Under the pieces are notes generated by a model. The model did no database searches, was not told the DNA's origin, and was given only the letters and a program-made list of their open reading frames with translations. Both the position numbers and the translations under genes were made by a program. From Alphaproteobacteria bacterium (GTDB taxonomy: Bacteria > Pseudomonadota > Alphaproteobacteria > UBA2966), in the NCBI GenBank assembly GCA_964291395.2, contig OZ219856.1, positions 224,001 through 288,000 of the forward strand: a DNA stretch of 64,000 bases, in the 5' to 3' direction. Below, in pieces: positions 28,703 through 39,691 of the stretch. Within the stretch, counting starts at the first letter, position 1. Each line of letters starts with the position of its first letter.

Positions 28703-31452
28703 TGACCCAACCGTTCGAGGATGGCGGGGACGTGGACCTGATCCGCCTTGTAGTTGCCGGTCAACGTGTACATCACCAGGTTGACGCCGAAGCGCAGGGC
28801 CATTTCCCGCTGATGCTCGCCCCCCGGGATCACGGCGGCGATGGGCTGACCCAGGTCGTCGGTCGCCCAAGCCGCCGCCCAGTCGTGGTCACCGATGATA
28901 TATCCGGACACGCCGTCGTTGACGCCGCCGGCGTGGCGTTCCACCCAAACCCGTCCCCCGGTCCAGCGCCCGGGAAACTCCTGGATCAGGTAGAAGGCCT
29001 TGGTCAGGATATGCTGCTGCGGCACGGGTGTGAGCGGCGGGACGTCCAGCCGGTTCAACAGTCGCCGAAGGCGTCGGGTTGCCGGGCCCGGGTTGCCGCT
29101 CAGGCCGGGCGTGGCGCTGATCAACTGCCGTTCCCGAGTGTCGAACACCATCGTTCCGCCGTTCTTGGTGAAGCTGTCCACCTTGGCGATGGCGTCTTCC
29201 GACAGCATTGCCAGCTCGGGAACGACGGGCCAATAAATCATCGGGAAGTACACGAACTCATCACCTTCGGGATCGAGGCCGATGGGTTCCGCACCCTCGA
29301 ACGCGGTTCGGCGCGCCAGGATCTGGGTCAGTCCTCTCATGCCCGCGCGGCTCATCTCGTCCACTTCCGGATCGCCGGTGATCACGTAGGCGAGTCTCGT
29401 GTCCAGCGTGGCGGTCAGCGCAAAGCTGTCGTCGGCTTCCGCAGGGTTCGGAGACAGGAGCGCGCCCAGGACCAGTATGGAAAGTGACGTGGCCCCGGCG
29501 GCTGCCCGCCGGTCTCCGCCCAGCAAGCCGCGGAGCCGGAGACTGATGGCCATCTCGATCAGGATCAGCGCGACGGCGATGGCGAGCAGCAGGGGCTTGA
29601 GATCGGTCTCGCCGCTCTCCGCGAATTCCCGATAGCTCACCCCTTGCGGCAGACTCTCGATCGGATCCAGTGCCGCGATGGCGGGCCCCAAGTTGAGGGC
29701 ATGGCGGGCGCCGGGATCGCCGTAGTAACCGGGCGGCGTGCCCGGAGAGGGCACCGCCCGTCTGAACATTCCATCCGCGATGGGTTTGGCCGTTGCCGGC
29801 GGGTCGACGAGTCGTCCGAAACCGTCGAGGACCTGGAGCGGCGGAAGCGTGATGCTGTGGACATTGCTCGAAACACCTTCTGCCAGCTCGACGATTCGGC
29901 GCAGCATGTTCACGAATAACCCGGAGATCGCCAGGTTCGACCATTCGGTGTTTGCCGTGGTGTGGAACAGGACCGCCCAGCCGCGGCCCCGCCGCTCGGC
30001 CGTCACCAGCGGCGTCCCGTCGGTGAGGCGAGCCCACGTCTTGCTGCTCAGGTCCAGCGAGGGTTCGGCCAGAACCTGGCGGGCCACCAACACGTCCTCC
30101 GGAACATCCAGCCCGAAGAAGGGGCTGTTCTCCTCGAACGCGTCGAGACGCGCCGGCTGGGTCCACGTCAGGGCACCGCCCAGGATTCGGCCGCCTGTCC
30201 GCAAGGTGACGGGGATCAACGAATCGGTCTTCTCCGCCATCTTCTGGCCGGCAAACCGGACCAGGACCCCGCCTTTCTCCACCCAGTCTTCGATGGCTTT
30301 GCCGTCGGGCCCGACGACGACGCCGATGTCGGCCAGAAACATCACCGCGAGCTCGCGCTCGAGGAGTTGCGCAACGGTGCCGCTGCGCACCTCGCTGAAC
30401 GGGCTCAAGGCCCGGTCCAGGTAGAAGATGCTGGACAAGAGGGGTTGCGCGGTTTCCAGAGTGTCGCCGGAATACAGGCCAACGGGCCGCCGCCGCCAGC
30501 GCTCGTCGAGAAGTGCGACGGCACCGGCGGATTGCTCGCCCTCGATCTCGAGTCGGGCCAGCCGGTTTCGAACCTCCAGGGGGACATCGATTTCGGCGTG
30601 TGCGGTGAGTTCTCCATCGCTGAAGGTAGCGGGCAAACGCGCGAGCAACCGTCCACGCTCTCCGATACCCCGAATCCACACGCTGGCGCCGCCCAGGGAG
30701 TCCGACCTCATGACCGCGACGCCGAGGGCCTTTCGATTCTCCACCGGAGGAAGCAGGACACGCACCCGCGACGCGGTCGGCTCTCCGAGCAACTCAACCG
30801 GCCCCATGTACTGAAGGTGTTCGGTCAAGTCGTAGACTGCTTGCGCCTCGTCTGGCGTAGCCAGGATGTCATCCGTGAACCAGACGGTTTGCAGCGGCGA
30901 GGACACCTCGAGACCGTGAACCACGTCGGCGGCGGCCAGCCGATCGACCGGCCAGGGCTTTGGGCGCAAGGCCTGGACCAGGCGGCGTGCGTCGACGGCG
31001 GAGAGAACGTCGCTCGCCCGAAGCGGTCCCTCGTCCTCGGGAGGAGCCGTGGTCACGACGACGACGGGCCGTTCCAGCCGTTCCGCTTCGTCCAGGACGT
31101 CGGAAATCGCCTGCATGCGACGCTGCCAGCGGGGCGCTGACGCCCATCCGTCATCGACGATCAGCAACAAGGTACCTCGGTCGGCAAGCCGGGTGCCCGG
31201 ATTCAGAATGGGATGCGCGAGAGCCAGGATCACCAGCGCCGCGATGAGCAGTCGCAGCAACAGCAGCCACCAGGGCGTTCGGGCGGGCGTCTCCTCGCGC
31301 GCGCGCAATCCCGACAACAGGCTGACCGCGGGAAAGTTCACGTAGCGGGGCGCCGGCGGCGTCACCCGCAGCAACCACCACAGCAATGGCAGAGCGAGCA
31401 GAGCCATGAGCAGCCACGGCGATGCGAATGCAAGAGAACCGAGTGTCAGCAT
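28699..31452 (-). CDS. BatA N-terminal / DUF4159 domain protein
   Basis: N-terminal F.SPWLL...TPWWLLLLR (BatA), VDDGWAS, C-terminal DWAAAWA...ALRFGVNLVMYTLTGNYK. Confidence 0.85.
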   Translation of the reverse strand: MLTLGSLAFASPWLLMALLALPLLWWLLRVTPPAPRYVNFPAVSLLSGLRAREETPARTPWWLLLLRLLIAALVILALAHPILNPGTRLADRGTLLLIVDDGWASAPRWQRRMQAISDVLDEAERLERPVVVVTTAPPEDEGPLRASDVLSAVDARRLVQALRPKPWPVDRLAAADVVHGLEVSSPLQTVWFTDDILATPDEAQAVYDLTEHLQYMGPVELLGEPTASRVRVLLPPVENRKALGVAVMRSDSLGGASVWIRGIGERGRLLARLPATFSDGELTAHAEIDVPLEVRNRLARLEIEGEQSAGAVALLDERWRRRPVGLYSGDTLETAQPLLSSIFYLDRALSPFSEVRSGTVAQLLERELAVMFLADIGVVVGPDGKAIEDWVEKGGVLVRFAGQKMAEKTDSLIPVTLRTGGRILGGALTWTQPARLDAFEENSPFFGLDVPEDVLVARQVLAEPSLDLSSKTWARLTDGTPLVTAERRGRGWAVLFHTTANTEWSNLAISGLFVNMLRRIVELAEGVSSNVHSITLPPLQVLDGFGRLVDPPATAKPIADGMFRRAVPSPGTPPGYYGDPGARHALNLGPAIAALDPIESLPQGVSYREFAESGETDLKPLLLAIAVALILIEMAISLRLRGLLGGDRRAAAGATSLSILVLGALLSPNPAEADDSFALTATLDTRLAYVITGDPEVDEMSRAGMRGLTQILARRTAFEGAEPIGLDPEGDEFVYFPMIYWPVVPELAMLSEDAIAKVDSFTKNGGTMVFDTRERQLISATPGLSGNPGPATRRLRRLLNRLDVPPLTPVPQQHILTKAFYLIQEFPGRWTGGRVWVERHAGGVNDGVSGYIIGDHDWAAAWATDDLGQPIAAVIPGGEHQREMALRFGVNLVMYTLTGNYKADQVHVPAILERLGQ

Positions 31453-31470
31453 TCCGCGATCGTGCCCCGG

Positions 31471-32352
31471 CTACCCGAGCTCATCCGAGAGGGCTTGGTA
31501 CAGGGCCAGCAAGGATGTTTGCGGCGGACGGTCCGTGCGGTGGCTCGCGAAGGTCCATCCGATGGAACGCGAGAGATCGACGAGCGCGGCCTGTCGCGCG
31601 GCAAAACGCTCATCGTAGGCGAGCTTCACGCTCTCGACACGGCTGATGGTGCAGGCTTCCTCGCCTTCCAGCCCATGAAATCGAGTGCGTCCCTTGAAGG
31701 GCAGATCCTCTTCCGCCGGGTCCACGATTTGCAGCAGATGGCCTTTGACGCCGCGGCTCGCGTAGAGCTTGAGCAGGGTTTCCAGCTCTTCGATGGGCGA
31801 GAGGAAATCCCCGATCAGGACGAGTTGGGCGTATCGCGGCAGCAGTTCGCTCGGTGGCAGGCTGGAGTCGTGCGCATGATCCGTCGCGTCCTGGTGGAGA
31901 GCGGCGGCGAGGCGGTCGAGCGTGCCGCGGCCGGTCGTTGGCGTCCGGTCGAAACCCAGCAGTGCCGTGAACTCTCCGGCCCGGACCAGCAAAGCCGCAG
32001 TGGCCAGAAGGAGCACCGTTGCGCGTTCCACCTTGTCGCAGGGAGCCATGCTCGACGCGTAGCGCATCGACGGCGATTCGTCGCGCCATAGCCAGACGCT
32101 CTGTGCGGCTTCCCATTCGTGCTCCCGTACGAAGACACGCTCGGACTTGGCCGACTGGCGCCAATCGATCTTCGATGCAGGGTCGCCAGGCTGGTACTGG
32201 CGAAACTGCCAGAACGTTTCGCCGACACCGACGCGTCTCCGCCCGTGAACGCCCTGAGCGACCGTGGCCGCGACCCGGTCCGCCGCGACCAGGAGCGGCG
32301 GCAGGATGGCGGCCAGTTGCTCTGCGCGCTGGCGGGTTGCGGCGGCCTGCAT
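31471..32352 (-). CDS. DUF58 domain protein
   Basis: GVHGRRRVGVGETFWQFRQYQPGD, IDWRQSAK, DESPSM, IGDF. Confidence 0.9.
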   Translation of the reverse strand: MQAAATRQRAEQLAAILPPLLVAADRVAATVAQGVHGRRRVGVGETFWQFRQYQPGDPASKIDWRQSAKSERVFVREHEWEAAQSVWLWRDESPSMRYASSMAPCDKVERATVLLLATAALLVRAGEFTALLGFDRTPTTGRGTLDRLAAALHQDATDHAHDSSLPPSELLPRYAQLVLIGDFLSPIEELETLLKLYASRGVKGHLLQIVDPAEEDLPFKGRTRFHGLEGEEACTISRVESVKLAYDERFAARQAALVDLSRSIGWTFASHRTDRPPQTSLLALYQALSDELG

Positions 32353-32365
32353 GCGCTACTCCGGC

Positions 32366-33382
<1,017 letters not shown>

Positions 33383-33417
33383 GCCATTCTCCACGACAAT
33401 GCGGACGCATCCTCGGC

Positions 33418-34029
33418 ATGGCAAAGCGCAAGAAAACTCCGGCTCCCGACCCTGCCGCCTTGGCAAAGGCGTTGAGCGGTTACGGGACGGGCGGAACCTC
33501 GGATATCGGGGTTGGCCGTCCCGTGCCCGTTTTGCGCGGCGATATCGACATGCGGATCGCCCGCGATGGAACGTGGTTTTATCATGGTTCTCCGATCACC
33601 CGCAAACCGTTGGTCAAGCTGTTCTCCACGGTTCTCGTACGTGACTCCGACGATGAATATTACCTGGTTACGCCGGTTGAGAAGTGCCAGATAACGGTGG
33701 ATGACGCCCCTTTCGTAGCGGTCGAACTGAGCGTGCGGGGCGGCGGTCGGAATCAGTCGTTGACGCTCCGTACCAATGTCGACGATCGAGTCACCGTGAG
33801 TGACTCGCATCCGGTCCGCGTGACGTTCGATCCGGAGACGGCGGAACCGTCGCCTTATGTGCTTGTCAGGGATCGGCTGGAGGCCCTGATATCGAGACCG
33901 GTGTACTACGAACTCGCCGACATAGGGTGTGAGGAAGAGGTCGAGGGCGACCTCCTCTTCGGCGTATGGAGCGAAGGAGGGTTCTTCCCTCTTGGGCGGC
34001 TGGATGACAAGGCCGCTGCCGATGCGTGA
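33418..34029 (+). CDS. DUF1285 domain protein
   Basis: DIDMRIARDGTWFYHGSPI, YYLVTPVEK, VDDAPF, TNVDD. Confidence 0.88.
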   Translation: MAKRKKTPAPDPAALAKALSGYGTGGTSDIGVGRPVPVLRGDIDMRIARDGTWFYHGSPITRKPLVKLFSTVLVRDSDDEYYLVTPVEKCQITVDDAPFVAVELSVRGGGRNQSLTLRTNVDDRVTVSDSHPVRVTFDPETAEPSPYVLVRDRLEALISRPVYYELADIGCEEEVEGDLLFGVWSEGGFFPLGRLDDKAAADA

Positions 34030-34642
34030 GCTGCGCGCGAAGCTGCGGGATCGTCTGCACGACGTCGCGCTTTCGCCGTCGAAAGAGCCGGCCCGAGGAG
34101 ATTTCGACCTCAATCCGGAATGGCGGGAGCGGCTGGCGCCCGCCGAGCTCACGCCCGCGGCGGTGCTCGTTCCCATCGTGGGCCGGATTGGCGGACCCGC
34201 CGTCCTCTTTACGCAGCGGACGTCTCATCTGAATGCCCATGCGGGGCAGGTCAGTTTTCCGGGCGGTCGCCTGGAACCGCATGACGGGGGTCCGATTGCG
34301 GCGGCGCTCCGCGAATCGGAGGAGGAGATCGGGTTGGGCCCTGAACATGTCGACGTCGTGGGCCTCCTGGGCACCTACCAGACGGGGACCAACTACATCG
34401 TTACGCCGGTGGTCGGAATGGTCAGCCCGAACTTCGTACCGGAGCTTGATGAATTCGAGGTGGCGGAGCTGTTCGAGGTGCCGCTCGATCACCTGCTCGA
34501 CCGATCGAACTTCGTTCGCGAAAGCCGCGACGTGGGCGAATTCACCCGCGTGTTCTATGCCGTGTACTACGAGGGGTGGCGTATCTGGGGGGCGACGGCC
34601 GGCATGCTGCTCGATCTGGTGGAGAGGATGGACGGCGAATGA
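34022..34642 (+). CDS. NUDIX hydrolase, CoA pyrophosphatase (NudL-like)
   Basis: AAVLVP, HAGQVSFPGG, ALRESEEEIG, IWGATA. Confidence 0.92.
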   Translation: MRELRAKLRDRLHDVALSPSKEPARGDFDLNPEWRERLAPAELTPAAVLVPIVGRIGGPAVLFTQRTSHLNAHAGQVSFPGGRLEPHDGGPIAAALRESEEEIGLGPEHVDVVGLLGTYQTGTNYIVTPVVGMVSPNFVPELDEFEVAELFEVPLDHLLDRSNFVRESRDVGEFTRVFYAVYYEGWRIWGATAGMLLDLVERMDGE

Positions 34643-34905
34643 TCTTCAAAGTTCTCAAGTATGCGATCCCGCTGCTTCTGCCCTTCGTCCTCTATTTCCT
34701 GTGGACGTTCATCGAGCAGCGCCGCAAGGCGGCAGGCGGTTGGGAAGCGAAGGATGCCCCTTGGGTCTGGTTGACGATGACGGGACTCGCGCTGCTCATC
34801 ATCTCACTGTTCGTGACGGGCCTGGTGATCGGCTCCGAGCCGGGCGGCACTTACGTCCCGCCGCATGTCGAGGACGGCCGGGTCGTTCCCGGACGGGTGG
34901 AATGA
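34639..34905 (+). CDS. Small membrane protein (DUF6111-like)
   Basis: Two TM segments, YVPPHVEDGRVVPG tail; ATGA overlap with the NUDIX stop. Confidence 0.8.
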   Translation: MIFKVLKYAIPLLLPFVLYFLWTFIEQRRKAAGGWEAKDAPWVWLTMTGLALLIISLFVTGLVIGSEPGGTYVPPHVEDGRVVPGRVE

Positions 34906-34914
34906 GTGTGACCC

Positions 34915-36147
34915 GTGCCGCGGCCTGCACGCCTCGACCCCCAGTCCTGGATGACGGCAGATGAAACGCGGGCCGTCATTGCCGCGCTCTCCGCCGCCGG
35001 CGCCACGGTGCGTTTCGTCGGCGGCTGCGTGCGCGACGCGCTGATCGGCCGGCCCGTCAAGGACATCGACATTGCGACTCCCGATCCGCCGGACCGGGTC
35101 ATCGAGCTGCTCGGGGCGGCGGACATCAAGGCGGTCCCCACGGGCATCGGCCACGGCACTGTAACCGCGGTCTTTCCACCGCGGCGTTTCGAGGTCACGA
35201 CGCTGCGGGTGGATACGGAAACCTTCGGCCGGCATGCACGCGTCGAATTTTCCGCGGACTGGGACGCGGATGCGGCGCGGCGGGATTTCACCATCAACGC
35301 CATCTATTGCGGAGCCGACGGCGACCTCTTCGACCCCACTGGCGGCATCGCCGATCTCGGCGCCAAGATCGTTCGGTTCGTGGGCGATCCGGACACGCGG
35401 ATCAAGGAGGACTTCCTGCGCATATTGCGGTTCTTCCGCTTCATCGCGTTCTACGGTGCGCTGCCGGCGGACTCCGATGGTCTGATGGCATGCCGAGCCA
35501 ACGCCGAGTCCCTGGCCACCCTGTCGGGTGAGCGCGTCGCGGGCGAGATTCTGCGTCTGCTCGAGTCACGGGATGCCGCCGCGGTGTTGCATGTCATGCG
35601 GGAAAACGGCGTGCTCCAACCGATTCTTCCCGAGCTGTCGAACATCGCACGAGTCGGCCGGCTGATCGCCGTCGATGCGGACGATCCGGATCCATTGCGG
35701 CGCCTCCTGGCCGGATTGGCGGTGGATGGGCGGGGCGTTCATGCCCTGGCCAACCGATTGCGGCTGTCCAACGCCGAACGCGAACGCCTGGTGGCCGCCG
35801 AAGCCCACGTCGGCGAGGCGATGGGAGCACTCGATGCGCGAGGCCGCCGCCGGCTTCTGTACCGGCTGGGCCGCAAGACCTTTGTGGATCTCGCTTACCT
35901 GGGCTGGTCCCGGGACCCCGCGCGGAAAAACGCCTGGCGCCGGCATCTCCGCGCCGCCCGGGACTGGGTCGCGCCGGCCCTTCCCGTCGGCGGGTCCGAC
36001 GTATTGGCGCTGGGCGTGCCGCGCGGGCCTGCGGTGGGGCAGCTCCTGAACGAGGTGGAGCGCTGGTGGATCCGCGGCGATTTCAAGGCTGATCGTGAGA
36101 AGTGCCTGCGCAAGTTGCGCCGGGTCGCGGCGGCCAGGTCATGGTAG
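34915..36147 (+). CDS. cca: CCA tRNA nucleotidyltransferase / poly(A) polymerase family
   Basis: FVGGCVRD, DIDIAT, RRDFTINA, EDFLRILRFFRF, SGER. Confidence 0.9.
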   Translation: MPRPARLDPQSWMTADETRAVIAALSAAGATVRFVGGCVRDALIGRPVKDIDIATPDPPDRVIELLGAADIKAVPTGIGHGTVTAVFPPRRFEVTTLRVDTETFGRHARVEFSADWDADAARRDFTINAIYCGADGDLFDPTGGIADLGAKIVRFVGDPDTRIKEDFLRILRFFRFIAFYGALPADSDGLMACRANAESLATLSGERVAGEILRLLESRDAAAVLHVMRENGVLQPILPELSNIARVGRLIAVDADDPDPLRRLLAGLAVDGRGVHALANRLRLSNAERERLVAAEAHVGEAMGALDARGRRRLLYRLGRKTFVDLAYLGWSRDPARKNAWRRHLRAARDWVAPALPVGGSDVLALGVPRGPAVGQLLNEVERWWIRGDFKADREKCLRKLRRVAAARSW

Positions 36148-36295
36148 TCATCTGATGTTGACGACATGTTCACCGCACGGTCCGGACGCGCCGGCGCGAA
36201 CCGATGAAGGTTCTGATCGTGAATGAGGAAGTGTCCGCCTTTCGGCGGCAGCCTGACGTGCGCCGTATTGATCTCCATGGTCTTTTGAAGATCGC

Positions 36296-37576
36296 CTAGC
36301 TGCGGATGTGCCGGTCGACCCAGACCGCGTGGCGGAGCAGTGCGTCGTCGTCGAAACGGCGGGCGACGAGCTGCGCCCCCATCGGCAACCCCAAGGGGCC
36401 GGTAAACGCCGGGACGTTGAGCGCGGGCATATTCATGACGTGCCAGAGGAAGTTGAACGTCACCGGTCCGGTGTCGGAGTGGCCGACGTGGGCTTCGCCG
36501 ACGGCACTCGGGGTCAGGATGATATCCGTCCCGTCCATGAGCTCATGGATCAGGCTGCGCAACCGTTCGATCAGCCTCATGTCGTCCAGGTAGGTTTCGA
36601 GCGAGGTGGCCTCGCCGTCGGCAATCATGCTGCGCGCCTTGCCGGAAACGCCGTCGGGATGGGCGTATTTCTCGTGGGCCAGCGCACGCGCCATCTCGAA
36701 CACGATGATGCGCCATGTCACGGTGAGAAGGTCATTGAAGTCACCGGGCAGGTCGAGATCGGTAACGGTGGCACCGGCCTTGGCGAGGCGCGCGGCGGCA
36801 TCCTCCAGGTGATCGTGGGTGGCTTTGTCCGCCTCGTCCCACAGCGGCGTACGGCAGAAACCAATTCTTGGCGGAGACTCGGCTGCCTCCAACGGCACCG
36901 CATCGATCGCCATGAGTACGGCGCGGAACAGCGCGATATCGTCAAGCGAGCGTCCCATGACACCGAGCGTGTCGAACGTCTCCGCCAGATCGTGCACCCC
37001 GGCGAAGCTGAACAGGCCGAAGGTCGGCTTCAGGCCGTACACGCCGCAGTAAGCCGATGGCCGGATCATCGAGCCCGCCGTCTGCGTACCCATCGCCAGG
37101 GGGACTTGAAAGTCGGCCACCGCCGCGGCGGAGCCGCTCGACGAACCGCCCGGCGTATGTGCCGGATTGTGGGGATTGGCCGTGGGGCCGGGATGGCGGC
37201 CCGCGAATTCCGTGGTGACGGTCTTGCCCAGGACCACGCCGCCCGCCGCACGGGTCAGAGCGACACAGGCCGCATCCGCCTGGGGCACGAACCCTTCGTA
37301 AATCGGCGAGCCGTATCGCGTGGGCAGGTCCGCCGTATCGATGACATCCTTGAAGCCGACCGGGATCCCGTGGAGCGGTCCCGACACGGGGCCCGCATCC
37401 AGCACTCGGGCCTGCTCGAGCGCATACTCCGGATCGACGACCACCCAGGCCGCCACGTCGGCATCCCGCGCCTCGATGCGTTCGAGGCAGGCGCGTACCA
37501 AGGATTCGCTGGTGATCTCACCGGCGGCGATGCGTCGCGCCGCCTCGCTCGCCGTCAGTTCGTTGAGTGCCGTCAT
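36296..37576 (-). CDS. Amidase-signature family enzyme
   Basis: GIPVGFKD, TPGGSSSGSAAAV, GTQTAGSMIRPSAYCG. Confidence 0.92.
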   Translation of the reverse strand: MTALNELTASEAARRIAAGEITSESLVRACLERIEARDADVAAWVVVDPEYALEQARVLDAGPVSGPLHGIPVGFKDVIDTADLPTRYGSPIYEGFVPQADAACVALTRAAGGVVLGKTVTTEFAGRHPGPTANPHNPAHTPGGSSSGSAAAVADFQVPLAMGTQTAGSMIRPSAYCGVYGLKPTFGLFSFAGVHDLAETFDTLGVMGRSLDDIALFRAVLMAIDAVPLEAAESPPRIGFCRTPLWDEADKATHDHLEDAAARLAKAGATVTDLDLPGDFNDLLTVTWRIIVFEMARALAHEKYAHPDGVSGKARSMIADGEATSLETYLDDMRLIERLRSLIHELMDGTDIILTPSAVGEAHVGHSDTGPVTFNFLWHVMNMPALNVPAFTGPLGLPMGAQLVARRFDDDALLRHAVWVDRHIRS

Positions 37577-37686
37577 GCCATGGCCTTTCCTGGTTATCCG
37601 CGAGGGTCCGCCGGCGAAATCGTCGCTTCCACCAAACGGTTCTGCCGGAGAACCCTCGAAACCGCTGGGGAGGAAGTCGACCCGCG

Positions 37687-38634
37687 TCAGGCGCCTTCGG
37701 TCTTCTGCAGTGCCTTTTTCAGGCGCAGCAGCTTGGCGTCCCGCCGGCGAAACAGCTCGGCCGGAGACGTATCCCCGTAGTCGTAGAACCCCGCCCCCGC
37801 CATCACTCCCGTGCGGCCCGACTCGACCAGCTCGTCGAGCGTCCTGCTCCGCCCGGCCGGCTCCGGCGGCGTATAGGTCCGGTTGGCCAGAGCCCGCTGC
37901 GCCATTTCGAGGCCCGTGTAGTCCAACTTCTCCAACTGACCCCCGGCCGCGAGCCGCAACGCGAGGCCGTGGCGGATCGATCCGTCGATGTCCTCTGCCG
38001 TCGCCATACCTTCGTCGAGCAGCCGGAAGATCTCCAGGTTCATCGCCGCTTGCAGGCGGTTCGCGACGTAACCGGAGATGAAACGCTCGAAGACGATAGG
38101 GTGCTTGCCGCACCCGGCATAGAGGACGCGCATCGTTTCCATCACCTCGGGCGCCGTTTCCGGTCCGGGAGCCAGGTCGACGAGGTCGACGACATACGGG
38201 GGCGTGTACCAATGGGCGATGAGACTGCGCCCTTGGCGGTTCTTCGGCACGAGGGGAAAGACATCGAGGTGCGAGGTGTTGCTTGCGATGATGGCGTCCG
38301 CCTTCGCCGTGGCATCGATCTCGGCGAAGACGCCGCGCTTGATGTCCTTGTTCTCGGTCACGGCTTCCACGACCAGGTCCGCGTCGCGGACGGCGCCGGC
38401 GATATCGGTCACGACTTCCACGCGGCCCGCCGCCGCCTCCGCTTCCGCCGCGTCGACCGCGCCGGCTTCCGTCAGGGTCGCCAAGGCCGCGTCGATCAAC
38501 ACGGGCGCCCGCTCTCGTGCCGCCGGATCGGAGTCCTGCGCACGCACCCGGCACCCGCCCAGTGCGTGCACCAGCGCCAGTGCGTGGCCCATGAGACCCG
38601 CGCCGATCATCGCCACGGTTTCCGGGATCTTCAC
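37687..38634 (-). CDS. 3-hydroxyacyl-CoA dehydrogenase family protein
   Basis: IGAGLMG, EAVTE, ASNTS, HWYTPP, GYVANRLQ, DYTGL. Confidence 0.88.
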   Translation of the reverse strand: MKIPETVAMIGAGLMGHALALVHALGGCRVRAQDSDPAARERAPVLIDAALATLTEAGAVDAAEAEAAAGRVEVVTDIAGAVRDADLVVEAVTENKDIKRGVFAEIDATAKADAIIASNTSHLDVFPLVPKNRQGRSLIAHWYTPPYVVDLVDLAPGPETAPEVMETMRVLYAGCGKHPIVFERFISGYVANRLQAAMNLEIFRLLDEGMATAEDIDGSIRHGLALRLAAGGQLEKLDYTGLEMAQRALANRTYTPPEPAGRSRTLDELVESGRTGVMAGAGFYDYGDTSPAELFRRRDAKLLRLKKALQKTEGA

Positions 38635-39389
38635 GTCTCGTTGCCGGCGAGAAATCGTGCGATCAGGGGATTGAAGATCTCGGAGACTTCCAGATGGGCG
38701 TTGTGGGCGCAGCCCGGGAGGATGCAGAGCTGCGCGCCGGGGATGCCGCGCCACAGCTCGTAGGAAAGTCCGGGGTGGGTCGAGCGGTCCGAATCGCCGC
38801 AGATGACCAGCGTCGGCATCTTGATCTCGGCGAGCCGGTCGCGGATGTCCCAGGGCGCGCTCGCGCGAATCATGCGGATGGCGCCGTCGCGGCTCGCGCC
38901 CGCGCCGGCCGCCTTGGTGAACTCGTACAAGGGGTGCTTCTCGCCGTCGACGAACCAGGTCGCGGCGATCCACGCCGACATCGCCTCGATGGACTCGGAC
39001 TCGATACGCGAGATCGTCGTTTCCCAGGTCTCGAATCGGTCGGGCAGGGTGCCCGACGGCGTGCTCCCGTACAGGATGAGCTTCTCGATGCGGTCCGGGT
39101 AGTCGAGCGCCGCCTGCAGGGCCGTCACCGAGCCCAGCGAATGACCGAGCAGCGCGAACCGCTCGACGCCGAGGCCGGTCACCGTGTCCACCAGGGCCTC
39201 GGCGATCCCGCCGATGGTGTCGGGGACGGGAATGTGGGCGCTGCCGGCGAAGCCGGGCAGGTCCGTCGCGATCACCTCATGGTTTCGGGCGAGATGCGCG
39301 CTCAGCGGGGCGAAGTACTCGCCGCCACCGACGAAACCGTGCTGCAGGACCACCGTTTTTCCAGAGCCGAAGCGCCGATAGTTCAACAT
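38631..39389 (-). CDS. Alpha/beta hydrolase
   Basis: HGF, DLPGFA, GHSLG nucleophile elbow, GDSD, AHNAH. Confidence 0.9.
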   Translation of the reverse strand: MLNYRRFGSGKTVVLQHGFVGGGEYFAPLSAHLARNHEVIATDLPGFAGSAHIPVPDTIGGIAEALVDTVTGLGVERFALLGHSLGSVTALQAALDYPDRIEKLILYGSTPSGTLPDRFETWETTISRIESESIEAMSAWIAATWFVDGEKHPLYEFTKAAGAGASRDGAIRMIRASAPWDIRDRLAEIKMPTLVICGDSDRSTHPGLSYELWRGIPGAQLCILPGCAHNAHLEVSEIFNPLIARFLAGNET

Positions 39390-39548
39390 GGAGACTTTCC
39401 GTTCTCGCGTGGCGGCGACGGCAGTCTACACGCCCTGGCGATGGGGATGGTGTACATCTCCAAATTGCCGAATTTCGTGCGAGTCGTGGGGATTCGGTGG
39501 GGTTGCCCCGCAGAGAAACTGCGGATGCGACATGACCCCCGGAATACC

Positions 39549-39625
39549 TGGTCGGGGAGAGAGGATTTGAACCTCCGGCCCCCACGTCCCGAACGTGGTG
39601 CTCTGCCAGGCTGAGCTACTCCCCG
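39549..39625 (-). tRNA. tRNA-Pro (anticodon CGG)
   Basis: CGGGGAGTAGCTCAGCCTGGCAGAGCACCACGTTCGGGACGTGGGGGCCGGAGGTTCAAATCCTCTCTCCCCGACCA. Confidence 0.97.
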
Positions 39626-39691
39626 AGAAGGGCGAACTTATAGCGCCGGGTGGGATGGGGGGCAAGGAGCGGGGTCGGGGCGCGACCGCCG

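Noticed and set aside
36150-36290. Possible gene fragment (…LPPKGGHFLIHD…) between cca and the amidase
   Set aside because: Too short, and the ORF runs antisense into cca; any methyltransferase similarity is unsupported.
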